Shown here in pieces: positions 17,155-26,980 of a stretch of 64,000 nt of DNA. The translations under genes and the position numbers were made by a program. The notes under the pieces are model-generated. The model was not told where the DNA came from. It made no database searches and was given only the letters and a program-made list of their open reading frames with translations. Position 1 is the stretch's first letter, and each line of letters starts with the position of its first letter. Source of the stretch: an uncultured Clostridia bacterium (GTDB lineage: Bacteria > Bacillota > Clostridia > Oscillospirales > Acutalibacteraceae). Location: contig CALWUZ010000212.1 of NCBI GenBank assembly GCA_944384845.1, forward strand, positions 567 through 64,566. The letters run 5' to 3'.

Positions 17155-18648
17155 TTATTTCCAGAAATCCTCTATCTGAGCATTAATCTGCTGACTGATA
17201 CTTGAAAGAGCGGACGCTGCGGTAGTCTCGCCGTAAGCTACTTTCTTTATATTTTCTGTAACGGTACCCATATAATAGCCGTAGTCAAAAACATATTTTC
17301 CGGTCTGAAGATTGGTAAGATACTTTTCAATTGTAGCTTTGACGCTGGGATCAGGCATAGTGTCATAAAGAGTAGCACTGACATTAAGCACACTTTCATT
17401 TCTGTATTCGCCCAAAATATCCCAGAACAGGGCGACATCGTTGGGATTCTCCACGCCTTTTGGAATAGATACTGAAGTCACAAGACTTTCAACCAGGTCG
17501 TTGCTGCTGTCGGGACCGTGAGGAAACAGGCACATACCTATTTCAAAGTCTGCATTGTTACAAACCGTTCCGAACTCAAAGTAATCTATTACGGTCATTG
17601 CAGCCTTTCCCGAATAGAAAACCTGACGGCCGGAATCCCAGCCGGAAACTGAGCTGTCATACAAATATCCTTTATTTGAAACCCAGCTTGCAAGCTGATT
17701 AAGCGCGTTTGTAGCCTTGGAATTGTCAAGGGAATATGTAAAATTAGCTGTATCTCCCTGACGTGTAAGCACTTTTGCACCGTTTGCCCAAAGCATCTGT
17801 CTGCCGAACTGTTCTATAGAATACATCGGTACAAGACCATACCGCGTGATATTATTCCCCTCTACAGCCGCCGCCTTGCTCATAATTTCGGTAAGCTTTG
17901 CCCAGGTAAGCTTACCGTTTTTCTGAAGGGTATAAAGATCCTCCCAGTTATTCCTTTCAAACATAGTTTTGTTATACATCAAAACGCTTCTGATCTGCGA
18001 GCTGCGGGAAATGGCGTAAACATGACCGTCAAGCGTATTCTCCGCCGTACATGCCTTATCCCAGCAATCGTCGGAAAGATCAAAATTAGAAAGCGTGTCA
18101 AGAGCGATAAGATAACCCTTTCTTGCGAGATTGAGCGGCGGCTGTTCCGCTTTTGTAACAAAAAGATCGGCTATTGGCGCACCCGAAAGAATAGAAGTAT
18201 AAAGCGCTTTATAATCGCTCATTTTGCGCTCAACAAATTTACAGTTGAGCATTTGCTCTACTTCTCTTATAATTTTACCGTTCTCACTGTTGCGGTCTGT
18301 CGGATCCCAATATGCAATATAGGTTATTGTCCTGCCCTTTAAATCCTTTATTCTGCCCGGGTCTATTTCATTTGTCTGACCGGTAGTAGTCGAACCGATA
18401 TTTACCGTATCTGAATTTCCGCTCTGACCGCTGCCGCCGGAACTTCCGCCGGAGCCGCCGGAACTCCCGCCCGAACCGCTGTTTGAAGCTCCGTCACCAG
18501 TGTTGTCCGTCGGTGCATCTATATATACATATTCAATATCTTCACTGCTTGAAGATGCGGTATCAGAATTGCTTCTGCAGCCCGAAAACACAGCTGAAAG
18601 TGACAGAGCAAGACACAAACAAATAACTTTGTTTAATTTTTTGTTCAT
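17155..18648 (-). CDS. ABC transporter solute-binding lipoprotein (carbohydrate family)
   Basis: Lipobox AVFSGC, Gly/Ser linker, ~420-aa SBP-like body. Paralog of 43281-44786. The GGAGGAA RBS overlaps the upstream stop. Confidence 0.8.
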   Translation of the reverse strand: MNKKLNKVICLCLALSLSAVFSGCRSNSDTASSSSEDIEYVYIDAPTDNTGDGASNSGSGGSSGGSGGSSGGSGQSGNSDTVNIGSTTTGQTNEIDPGRIKDLKGRTITYIAYWDPTDRNSENGKIIREVEQMLNCKFVERKMSDYKALYTSILSGAPIADLFVTKAEQPPLNLARKGYLIALDTLSNFDLSDDCWDKACTAENTLDGHVYAISRSSQIRSVLMYNKTMFERNNWEDLYTLQKNGKLTWAKLTEIMSKAAAVEGNNITRYGLVPMYSIEQFGRQMLWANGAKVLTRQGDTANFTYSLDNSKATNALNQLASWVSNKGYLYDSSVSGWDSGRQVFYSGKAAMTVIDYFEFGTVCNNADFEIGMCLFPHGPDSSNDLVESLVTSVSIPKGVENPNDVALFWDILGEYRNESVLNVSATLYDTMPDPSVKATIEKYLTNLQTGKYVFDYGYYMGTVTENIKKVAYGETTAASALSSISQQINAQIEDFWK

Positions 18649-18650
18649 TG

Positions 18651-21242
18651 TTAATTCCTCCTATTTATCCTTTTCCGGTTTGCAAGAACTACAAGGACTC
18701 CGAAGCCTGACAGTATTGCCATGAATATATACGTCATCGGCATACTGTCATCACCGGTATCCGGTAGGCTGTTTCCGCTGTCGGCAACGGAATCCTGACC
18801 GCTTTTCTCCTCAGTAAGCTGTCTTATATTAAACTGTGTCAATAAGTAACCCCGCCGGTAAACAACCATACTCATATCTTCGGTCAATACCGTTTCATCG
18901 TCCTCAATAAACTTGCCGTTATAAAAATCAACATTAGTTTCATCGGTATCAAATGTGAGCGCCGCCAATATTTCCCATATCATAGTATTTTCAGGTATAT
19001 AAAGCGTCAGATTTTCCTTGTCAAGCTTCGCGTTGATGATGCTGCTGTCAAGCTCAAGGGGCAAATCTCTTTCCGGCTCGGGTTCGGGCTCTACAATGGG
19101 TTCGGGATCGGGAACATCGGCAAGATTTGAATAAAATCTGAACGACGAGATAAGAAAATAATCACAGAACAAAGAGGTTTGCGTACCTTTGATGGTTACA
19201 CGCAGAATCTGATCCATATTAAGCCCCGCATCAGCAAAATATGTAAACGGTATTCTTACCTGCATATATCCGTCGGGACGTGCCTTTGATTTATCGTATT
19301 TTACCTTAAATGTAGCAAAAGTACGGTTCGCATGCCCTGCGGCCTCTACCGAGAACGGTACCTCTATCCCGTCCGTATCGCAGTAAATATAAAATTCGAG
19401 ATATCCGGTATCTATGTATTCTGCAGCGTCAATTCTATCGCCGTAAAATGTTGTAAAATACAGCTGCCCCATTCTATCCTCCTGCGGGATAAGTATATAC
19501 GGCGCCATATTTTGGAATGAATAATACCATGCCAAGTCCCAGGTAACTGTCGAAATCCAGTCTTCACACCAGGGATCAAGAGTACCCTCTGTATCCCCTA
19601 TAACTCCAAGGAGGGTATTAGTCTCGCTTTTCGTATATCCGCTCATATCGAATATCTGCGACCATGCCTCGTCTACCGTTCCGTCAATCTCCTTGTTGAA
19701 AACAAAAGTTTCACCTACATAAATGGTGTCACCTATCTCACGATTATCAATATATACCCGGAAAAAAACAAAATTCGCCGTTTGGGCAGCAGCAATAGCC
19801 TTGAAAGGAATTTTCACAAGCGTGAACTCTTCGGTATCGGGAATTGTAACCTCGTAGATTTTGCCTTCGCTTATACCGATTTTAACAGTTCTGTCCTCTG
19901 ATTCGGTAACAAGCTTTATGCTTGTGTAAAAGTACGCGGTATCATAATATCTTTCAAGGGTAACATTTACATTTTTGCTGCCGTAAATATTTATTGTACC
20001 GGCGTTATTCGTAATATCAAATTTATATGCCGACTCGTCGCCTCCGTCTGCAAGAGACCAGGAATACGGTCTTGAGGCAGGTCCGTTGTACCACGGATCG
20101 GTTGCCAAAGTCGCCGGATGACATTTCCACAGGAAAGCAAGCTCTCTTTCCTCTTCATAATTTATCTTTGCCGTAACTTTAACGTCCCCCGCCGGCATAT
20201 TGAACTGATACTCGCTGTTTCTTGTGACAACATCTGCGGTAATAACCGTTCCGTCACCGGTGGTTGCGGTAACCGCTTCAATATTATAATTCATTGCCGG
20301 TCTTACCTTTACGGTTACGGAATCTGAAGAATTAATATCTTCCGAGCCCTCAGCCAATGTACGTGAAAGAGCAATATCGCAGTTTTCGGGATAATCAACC
20401 TTCAGCCTATAGGCTCCGGAATAGCTTTTGCCGCTTAATGAAGTAAATTTATCATATGAAGTCAGAAGACTGCAATAATCCTTTCTTCCGGGACTGCCGT
20501 TTACATATATTCCCTGTGTGAAATTAGCTATATCGGCAATTCCGCTGACGGAGTTTAAAGCCATATTTATCTTATTTTTGTCTCCGTTTTTCAAAACAAG
20601 AATCAAATTTTTAATTTCAACCGTTTGTGTGCCGTTAAAGCCGCCGGAAGCACTTGATAAATTATAAGTAATGAAACCGGAATACCATGACGTGTCAAAG
20701 GACGGCGCGCTTATTTTTGTAAGCGGATATTCCGTCCAGTTTTCAGCGTCACTGACATTTACACTTGCCAATTCGGCAATCTTCGGGTCGTAAGCCTGCG
20801 CGGCGCTGATATTAAGCGTAGCATCCTCCGGTAAATCCTCGGCGGCAGTAACTCTGTATTCAAAGCTTATATAAAGATACGGCGCGATCGCATTAAGCAC
20901 GTTCCGGCTGTTTATCCAGCCAAAGCCGGAGGTCTTATCGTTAATCGAGCCTTTAGCCGCGGCATAATTTTCTCCGCCGTTTCCGGTTTCGGAAAATTCC
21001 GAGCCGAAATAAGCTCCGGCGTCATCGCATTTCTTGTAAACATTGTACTTTGCTTCCCCGTAACCACTCGTAAACAGGGCGTCAACCTTGCCTTCATTAT
21101 CAGACAAAACATTATCCGGATTCAGTTCCCAGATAATATTGTCCGTTCCTGTCGCCGCCTCAGTAAACGAGGATATAGGGAGTGCTGAAAATACGATTAC
21201 CGCCGCCGTAAAAGCCGCAGCCAATCCTTTTATTCTTTTCAT
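18651..21242 (-). CDS. Sortase-anchored (LPXTG) multi-module cell-surface protein, function unknown
   Basis: Signal peptide ...SSFTEAAT. One copy of the unassigned ~200-aa module (GFGWINSRNVLNAIAPYLYISFEYRV ... WYSGFITYNLSSASGGFNGTQTVEIKNL). PEPEPE linker. C-terminal LPDTG + hydrophobic span + RKRINRRN. Confidence 0.75.
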   Translation of the reverse strand: MKRIKGLAAAFTAAVIVFSALPISSFTEAATGTDNIIWELNPDNVLSDNEGKVDALFTSGYGEAKYNVYKKCDDAGAYFGSEFSETGNGGENYAAAKGSINDKTSGFGWINSRNVLNAIAPYLYISFEYRVTAAEDLPEDATLNISAAQAYDPKIAELASVNVSDAENWTEYPLTKISAPSFDTSWYSGFITYNLSSASGGFNGTQTVEIKNLILVLKNGDKNKINMALNSVSGIADIANFTQGIYVNGSPGRKDYCSLLTSYDKFTSLSGKSYSGAYRLKVDYPENCDIALSRTLAEGSEDINSSDSVTVKVRPAMNYNIEAVTATTGDGTVITADVVTRNSEYQFNMPAGDVKVTAKINYEEERELAFLWKCHPATLATDPWYNGPASRPYSWSLADGGDESAYKFDITNNAGTINIYGSKNVNVTLERYYDTAYFYTSIKLVTESEDRTVKIGISEGKIYEVTIPDTEEFTLVKIPFKAIAAAQTANFVFFRVYIDNREIGDTIYVGETFVFNKEIDGTVDEAWSQIFDMSGYTKSETNTLLGVIGDTEGTLDPWCEDWISTVTWDLAWYYSFQNMAPYILIPQEDRMGQLYFTTFYGDRIDAAEYIDTGYLEFYIYCDTDGIEVPFSVEAAGHANRTFATFKVKYDKSKARPDGYMQVRIPFTYFADAGLNMDQILRVTIKGTQTSLFCDYFLISSFRFYSNLADVPDPEPIVEPEPEPERDLPLELDSSIINAKLDKENLTLYIPENTMIWEILAALTFDTDETNVDFYNGKFIEDDETVLTEDMSMVVYRRGYLLTQFNIRQLTEEKSGQDSVADSGNSLPDTGDDSMPMTYIFMAILSGFGVLVVLANRKRINRRN
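18753..18767 (-). other. LPDTG sortase recognition motif
   Basis: Reverse complement of 18753-18767 is CTA CCG GAT ACC GGT = L-P-D-T-G. It is followed by 25 largely hydrophobic residues and a basic tail. Confidence 0.75.
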
Positions 21243-21262
21243 AATTTCCTCCTTTTATATCT

Positions 21263-23848
21263 CTATTCAGATAAACCATATACCCTGAGCCAATCGGTTT
21301 TCATCGAATCCGGGAAATCATCTGCGTTGAAGTCACCTCCCCAACTGCTGTCCTCGCTATTACCGTGAAGGCTTAAAATAATCTGCATTCCATCACTGTG
21401 ATCAGAAATTCCCTCTCCGTTATAAATCCAATAAAGCTTGCCGTCAAGATAAAAATATATTGCATCCTTCATCCAGACCGCCGAATAAATATGGTAATCA
21501 TTTCCTAAGTCCGTTCCTGCGTTCAACTGGTCGTTTCCGCTGTAGCGATGATGACCTGCAGCCGAACCGTACCAATGAACCGTAGCCGACCATTTTGCCC
21601 CTCCGGTCCAAGTCGGAAAATACTCAACGATGTCTATTTCTCCTCCCGAAATACTCGGATTCAGAGGATTCCTTCTGTAGATTTTGCCTGTATTTGAATA
21701 AAGCCAGAAGGCTCCGTTCACAAGCGCTTTTTCCGGCATTTTTATTCTTGCCGAGAAGCTGCCGTATGCCTGTTCAAATTTATTTTTGGTTGAAAGTCCC
21801 ACCGTCTGACCTATCTGTGATGTATAAATCAGGCTTCCGTCTTCGATTTTATATTCTCCGTCTCCATAGAAAACCGACCAAATATCGGTATTAAGCGTAT
21901 TAAAATCGTCCTCTAAAGTAGGCTCTTCAGTATATTTTACAAATTCAAAATCATATCTCCCGAAAACGGCGGCGTCGGTCCTGCTCGTAACCGTCACGGT
22001 AAGCGTTTCATCCGAGGCTCGAACCGAATAGGGTACGGTTAAGGTATAGCCGTCCACCGCTACAGCGGTACTGTCCGTTGCGACAATCACATCTTCAGGT
22101 GAAATCTGCGCTCCGTTTGCATCTGTAACCTCAAGCTCATAATAAGCGTCCATTTCCGCAACGCCGGGATGATTCACAGCAACGGAAACCTTAATCGGAT
22201 CATTTTCATAAGGGGAAATCTCCCTGTTTAGAATAGTCTTCTCCGCTGCGGCTAATTCCAGACCTGTTACTTTATCGTCACCGTTAATATCAAGGCGTTT
22301 TATTATAATGTCTGAAAGCCATTGCTTGCCGGAAGTATGCTTTTTTATTCTTATAATGTCAAGAACATCCGCCTTACCGTCATCATTTGCATCATGCGCC
22401 GTGTTGGGGAGGCTGTTAATAAGAATATTACAGTAGCTGTAGCTTCCGCTTTCGTCACGGTCTTTTACTACGTTAAGTGAAAAGTTCTCTAACCCCGAAA
22501 TACCGCTGACCGAGCTGAGTGAGTCGTTTATAGCAAGACGGTCGCAGTCGCGAAGCTCGATTCGGATATTTCTCAAATCCACCGTCTGGCTTCCCGAAAA
22601 TCCTCCTGAATAGCTGTATATATTGAATGTAAAAAAGCCGCTGTACCAGGAGCCGGTAAATTTTCCGTTGATCGGAGAGAGCGTATATTCAGTCCATTCC
22701 GACGCCGCTCCTTTTACCGAGCCGAAGCTGCAAACCTTGCCATACGCCGTAGCGCCTCCGAAATAGATATATGCGTCGTCAGGAAGTTCCTCCGTGCTTG
22801 TGAACCGATACTCAAAGCTTATGTACATATACGGCGCCAAAGCGTTTAACAAAGCCCGGCTCTCAAGCCACCCGTAGCCCTCTGAATTAAAATCAAGTCC
22901 GCTTTTTAATACCGCATTGCACTCATTGCCGCCCTTCCCGTTCACATTCATTACTGTGCGGTAATAGCTGCCTTCAGAGCCGTTTACTGCAACGGTGTCA
23001 TACATGGCGGGGAGATAGCCGTTCAGAACATATCCCGTAACATTTTGACCGTTCTGTGCACCAAGCCTTTCTGGTGATGCATACCATATTGAATTATGAC
23101 TGGTAAATTTCGGGTCGGATTGAACAATATCGTCAAATTTCCAGAGGCTTCCGGCTTCTTCAAGCGCGGAATTTATTGAAGCTTCATCATCAGAATTTAA
23201 TGAAACGCGGAAATTACGCAAATCTATCAGATATATTCCGTTAAGTCCTCCCGAATAACTGTAAATGTTCAGCCCTAAAAAACCGGAATACCAGTTGTTA
23301 AAATCATTCCCGTTTAAATCAGCACTATATGATTTCCATTCAGAAGCATTTGCCATACCTACAGAGCAAAGCGCTGTGGCAGCACCGTTATAGGAATGAG
23401 CCGCTTTCAGATAAATTCTTCCGTCGGGCGGCACGCTCCCCTGCAATACGTTTACCCTGTATTCAAAGCTGACATTCATAAAAGGTTTTATTGCTTTTAA
23501 TACAGTTATATCCTCAAGCCAGCCGTAGCCTCTCATATTATTGTCAAGCCCTGAAATCAAAACCGTGTTGAAATCGTCGCCCCCGCGTCCGGTCACCGTC
23601 ATTTCGGTGCGGTAATAGCTTCCGGAGTCGTTCTTTTTAACTACATCAAATCTGGGGCTGTAAACAGCTTCGGCAGCCATAGGCGCTTTAACGCTCTCTC
23701 CGGGCTCGGCCGACAAATTATCCGGATCCGCCCGCCATATCGTATAGCAAATATTGTTTTCCGATGCCGCGCCGACAGTATGAGCAGCCGGCAGCATACT
23801 AAAAATCAAGACAAAGCTCAAGCATATCGTCAAAAAGCGCATTTTCAT
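21263..23848 (-). CDS. Secreted protein: 2x unassigned ~200-aa module + internal dockerin + Ig-like segment + C-terminal GH16 catalytic domain
   Basis: Signal peptide. Module copies at aa ~32-232 and ~252-452 (GYGWLE...FEYR / WYSGF...YSYSGG). Dockerin at aa 486-541. HPGVAEMDAYY segment. GGEIDIVEY at aa 735-743. Confidence 0.8.
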   Translation of the reverse strand: MKMRFLTICLSFVLIFSMLPAAHTVGAASENNICYTIWRADPDNLSAEPGESVKAPMAAEAVYSPRFDVVKKNDSGSYYRTEMTVTGRGGDDFNTVLISGLDNNMRGYGWLEDITVLKAIKPFMNVSFEYRVNVLQGSVPPDGRIYLKAAHSYNGAATALCSVGMANASEWKSYSADLNGNDFNNWYSGFLGLNIYSYSGGLNGIYLIDLRNFRVSLNSDDEASINSALEEAGSLWKFDDIVQSDPKFTSHNSIWYASPERLGAQNGQNVTGYVLNGYLPAMYDTVAVNGSEGSYYRTVMNVNGKGGNECNAVLKSGLDFNSEGYGWLESRALLNALAPYMYISFEYRFTSTEELPDDAYIYFGGATAYGKVCSFGSVKGAASEWTEYTLSPINGKFTGSWYSGFFTFNIYSYSGGFSGSQTVDLRNIRIELRDCDRLAINDSLSSVSGISGLENFSLNVVKDRDESGSYSYCNILINSLPNTAHDANDDGKADVLDIIRIKKHTSGKQWLSDIIIKRLDINGDDKVTGLELAAAEKTILNREISPYENDPIKVSVAVNHPGVAEMDAYYELEVTDANGAQISPEDVIVATDSTAVAVDGYTLTVPYSVRASDETLTVTVTSRTDAAVFGRYDFEFVKYTEEPTLEDDFNTLNTDIWSVFYGDGEYKIEDGSLIYTSQIGQTVGLSTKNKFEQAYGSFSARIKMPEKALVNGAFWLYSNTGKIYRRNPLNPSISGGEIDIVEYFPTWTGGAKWSATVHWYGSAAGHHRYSGNDQLNAGTDLGNDYHIYSAVWMKDAIYFYLDGKLYWIYNGEGISDHSDGMQIILSLHGNSEDSSWGGDFNADDFPDSMKTDWLRVYGLSE
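22226..22393 (-). other. Dockerin module (two Ca-binding-loop repeats), internal position
   Basis: DANDDGKADVLDIIRIKK ... DINGDDKVTGLELAAAEKTIL fits the duplicated D-x-N/D-x-D-G-x-x-x-x-x-D dockerin pattern. Confidence 0.7.
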
Positions 23849-23946
23849 TTACTTTTCCTCTTCTTAATTTCAGATTCCGGCGTTTTGAAATATTTCATTC
23901 CGCAGCTTCTAATCAACAAAACCGTTGTTATAAGAAAAAATAACCG

Positions 23947-23987
23947 GCGAGGAATCTCGTAGGTCAATCTTTGCTGAGATTCCCCGC
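23947..23987 (-). terminator. Possible terminator between the first and second surface-protein genes
   Basis: 12-bp stem with one mismatch (23976-23987 gagattccccgc / 23947-23958 gcgaggaatctc), 17-nt loop. A T-run on the minus strand begins ~7 nt after the stem (A-run 23935-23940 on plus). The geometry is not ideal. Confidence 0.35.
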
Positions 23988-24017
23988 TTTCTCTGAAACA
24001 TATACTATTATTTATAA

Positions 24018-25715
24018 TTATTTGCTAAGCAAAGCTTTTTTCATTAACACAATGTCAGCGGCGTCCAAAAAGCCGTCGTCATTTGCGTCCGCCCGCTTAA
24101 TCATCATATCCGGCAAATATATCAGCCACGAATCATACTTCTTAACACGAATCAAGTCCTTAACCGTAACTGAGCCGTCATCATCAACATCAAACTCAGC
24201 ACCCGATGCCGCCGATACTAACAATGAATAATAATCTTTAATGCCGTTTACATCGTTTTCAAGCTCCACACCCTTGGTAAAGCCCTCAATATCGTCTATA
24301 CCTTCAATCATAGATAGATCCTTGTTGAGATAAACCCTGTCAGCAGCCTTCAGCTCAAATCTTAAATCTCTTATATCAATTCTTTGTGTTCCGCTGAATG
24401 ACTGCTGCCACACATAAAGATTCAGCGCTATATCTGTATTGTACCAACGATTATTCTGTGTATTCAAAAGCTTAAGCTCGTACACGTTCCACTGCCCCGA
24501 CTGTGTAATTGAAGCACCCGCCTGCCAGCAGCGATTATAACCGTTAATGCCGTTTACATAAAGATAGGGCGTTCCGGACGGAATATTACCGTTAAAACGG
24601 TACTGAAAACCCAAATATATGTACTTTGATACCGCCTCAACAACATCCGCATTGTCAAGCCAGCCAAAGCCGGGAGTTTCTGATGATATTCCGGACTTGA
24701 AAATAGTGCTTGCCTCATCGCCGCCGGAGCCTGTAACTGTCATAGTTGTGCGGTAGTATACACCGTCTGCATCGCAGCACTTAACCGTTCTGTAATCCGT
24801 TTTATACGCAAGCTCCGAATCTGACGGCTTATCAGCAGTAACGTCGTTTCCGTTGGAGGCTTCCGCCCTGTCCGGATTTGCATACCAGACAACACTTGTA
24901 TCGGTACTGTTTTTATCAGGATTTTTAAGATCTTCATACGCTTCGTTCACGAGATAAGGCGCAATCAGCTTGTCAAATGTAAATTCAGTGCCCTCAAGCG
25001 CAGCATTTATAGCGTCACGGCTGCTTTCCTTAACAGTAAGCTTTATATTTCGCAGCTCGGTCACCACGGTAACGTCTCCGAGAGCTTTTCCGGTGTCGTT
25101 CCATCCCAATTCAGCTTTAAATGACAGAAAGCCGTTATAAAAATTTTTTATTGAATCAGGTGTTGCGGCAGCAGTTTTCCAGACGCCAAACTCAGTTACC
25201 GCCGCCCAAAGCCACTGAGAAGCAATGCCGTATTCCATTGCGCCGCTTATATAAAGATCAATCCGATTTACCGCAGCGCCGGTTTGGGTAATACGGTAAT
25301 CGACACTGACATCTATTAACCCTGCCAGCGCATTTAAAACAGCCGCATTTCCTATCCAGCTCATAGTCCACTCTGTGCCGAGATAATTTGTGCCTTTTTT
25401 ATTATTATCCACTCCGCTCTTTGCATTGGAGGCTCCTCCGTACAGACTGTTTCCTTCCTTATAGTTTTGTGTAAAGGAATAGTACCAGTCCCCGTCTTCA
25501 AGTCCTGAATAAACAGTCTGGCGACTGGCAGGCAAGCCTAAAGATGACAAAGCTGTAACATCCGTACCGGGCTCACCGTAAACCGAAGGATCAGCCATAA
25601 AAACAGTATAGACCTTATCGCTGTCCTCCGCCGAAACAAATTCTGATAGCGGAAAACATCCGATCAGCATTATAATACTTAACGCTACAGACAGAGTTGT
25701 TTTCATTTTTTTCAC
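24018..25715 (-). CDS. Secreted protein: 2x unassigned ~200-aa module + C-terminal dockerin
   Basis: Signal peptide. A diverged module copy at aa ~35-245 and a clearer one at aa ~275-470 (PGFGWLDNADVVEAVSKYIYLGFQYRF ... WYNTDIALNLYVWQQSFSGTQRIDIRDL). C-terminal dockerin DVDDDGSVTVKDLIRVKK...DANDDGFLDAADIVLMKKALL (24021-24194). The start could be the GTG at 25715 or the ATG at 25706. Confidence 0.75.
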   Translation of the reverse strand: MKKMKTTLSVALSIIMLIGCFPLSEFVSAEDSDKVYTVFMADPSVYGEPGTDVTALSSLGLPASRQTVYSGLEDGDWYYSFTQNYKEGNSLYGGASNAKSGVDNNKKGTNYLGTEWTMSWIGNAAVLNALAGLIDVSVDYRITQTGAAVNRIDLYISGAMEYGIASQWLWAAVTEFGVWKTAAATPDSIKNFYNGFLSFKAELGWNDTGKALGDVTVVTELRNIKLTVKESSRDAINAALEGTEFTFDKLIAPYLVNEAYEDLKNPDKNSTDTSVVWYANPDRAEASNGNDVTADKPSDSELAYKTDYRTVKCCDADGVYYRTTMTVTGSGGDEASTIFKSGISSETPGFGWLDNADVVEAVSKYIYLGFQYRFNGNIPSGTPYLYVNGINGYNRCWQAGASITQSGQWNVYELKLLNTQNNRWYNTDIALNLYVWQQSFSGTQRIDIRDLRFELKAADRVYLNKDLSMIEGIDDIEGFTKGVELENDVNGIKDYYSLLVSAASGAEFDVDDDGSVTVKDLIRVKKYDSWLIYLPDMMIKRADANDDGFLDAADIVLMKKALLSK

Positions 25716-25809
25716 TTTATATCTTTCCCTTCTTGAATTATTATAAACCGGCTTCAGAAAAAAGAGTTTTCCTCCTTTCGTTTATTTATGCATAAAAATT
25801 TATACTCTG

Positions 25810-25838
25810 TTGACAAATCAATAAGTTCAGCCTATAAT
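25810..25838 (+). promoter_or_regulatory. Consensus sigma-A-type promoter facing the AraC regulator gene
   Basis: TTGACA (25810-25815), 17-nt spacer, TATAAT (25833-25838): a perfect match to both hexamers, ~200 nt upstream of the ATG at 26047. Confidence 0.6.
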
Positions 25839-25915
25839 TAGAATATTGAAAAATAATGATTTTTTGCCGCGCCATTGGTTATTATAACTATTAAAATTTT
25901 CTTTCCTTGTTAATT

Positions 25916-25944
25916 ATTATATTATTTTGTCTATCATATTACAA
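25916..25944 (-). promoter_or_regulatory. Candidate sigma-A-type promoter for the minus-strand GH16 gene train
   Basis: On the minus strand: TTGTAA (25944-25939), 17-nt spacer, TATAAT (25921-25916). The context is AT-rich, so a chance match is possible. Confidence 0.4.
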
Positions 25945-26046
25945 TAGATAAAGCCCGGCAAAATATGGACTATCGCGCATTTTTTAGAAACTATTTCCTT
26001 TGGTATTTTTATTATTTATTAAAACAAGAAAGGAGCAGGGCATTAA

Positions 26047-26880
26047 ATGGCTCTTTACAGCTACGCTTATTCCTACAGCCACGATGAATGTGAATTTGTC
26101 ACGAAAAAATATTTTCAAATAAACAACTGCGGTGCATTAAAAACAGACAAATTTATGACATCGATCCGTCCGCCGCGGAACGATTACATGCTTATATATC
26201 ATTATGCCGGAAAAGGCTGGACAGAGATTAACGGTAAGCAGCTGAATACATATCCCGGTGATGTAGTATACCTCAAACCCGGCGCACCTCTGCATTTTGC
26301 CCTTGAACAAAATGCAATGCATTTTTGGATTCACTTCACCGGCAGTGCAGTAGATGATATGTTCAAAGAGTGCGGCATTGCGGAAACAGGAAAATATTCA
26401 ACTGTTGCCTCCAATGATTTATGGGAAATATTAACTGACATATATATACATCAATCTATTCCGAGCACCTCTATGCAGCTTCAGGCCAAAAGCTTTTTCT
26501 TTCAATTTTTAAGTTTATTAGCAGAATTTCTAACTCCGGATCAAACGGGAAACAACGTCATCCGAGAAAAGAAGATATATCCTGCACTTAAAGAAATGCA
26601 AATTAACTTTGACAAGAATCATAAGATTGAATACTACGCCAATCTGTGTGATATAAGCCTTTCAAGCTTTCAACACATTTTCACTAAAATTACGGGAATT
26701 ACACCGCAAAAATATCTCACTACCATAAGAATGGAAACAGCTAAAAAAATGCTAAGCTCAGGTAATATTTCAATTAAAGACATTGCAGCGCGCGTTGGCT
26801 ATGAGGATCAGCTTTATTTTAGCCGCATCTTCAAAAAAACAGTAGGAGTTTCTCCAAGTGAATACTCAAAAAACAAATAA
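26047..26880 (+). CDS. AraC-family transcriptional regulator (cupin-like sensor + HTH)
   Basis: AAGGAG RBS. The C-terminal ~100 aa shows the AraC HTH pattern (...YYANLCDISLSSFQHIFTKITGITPQKYLTTIRMETAKKML...IKDIAARVGYEDQLYFSRIFKKTVGVSPSEY). Divergent to train 1. Confidence 0.85.
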   Translation: MALYSYAYSYSHDECEFVTKKYFQINNCGALKTDKFMTSIRPPRNDYMLIYHYAGKGWTEINGKQLNTYPGDVVYLKPGAPLHFALEQNAMHFWIHFTGSAVDDMFKECGIAETGKYSTVASNDLWEILTDIYIHQSIPSTSMQLQAKSFFFQFLSLLAEFLTPDQTGNNVIREKKIYPALKEMQINFDKNHKIEYYANLCDISLSSFQHIFTKITGITPQKYLTTIRMETAKKMLSSGNISIKDIAARVGYEDQLYFSRIFKKTVGVSPSEYSKNK

Positions 26881-26980
26881 ACCTTATCAATAATTGCCTG
26901 TTTACCGAAAACAAGCGTTTGCTCCTACAGCATTTTTACAGGCAGCAGTTTTCGTTCAAATAATAATATGATTATAGCAG

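Noticed and set aside
18418-18486. Short-period repetitive DNA (ggaac/ggagc-cgcc units), considered as a tandem repeat or array
   Set aside because: It is in frame within the SBP lipoprotein gene and simply encodes a Gly/Ser linker (SGGSSGGSGGSSGGSG). It is not a CRISPR or regulatory repeat.
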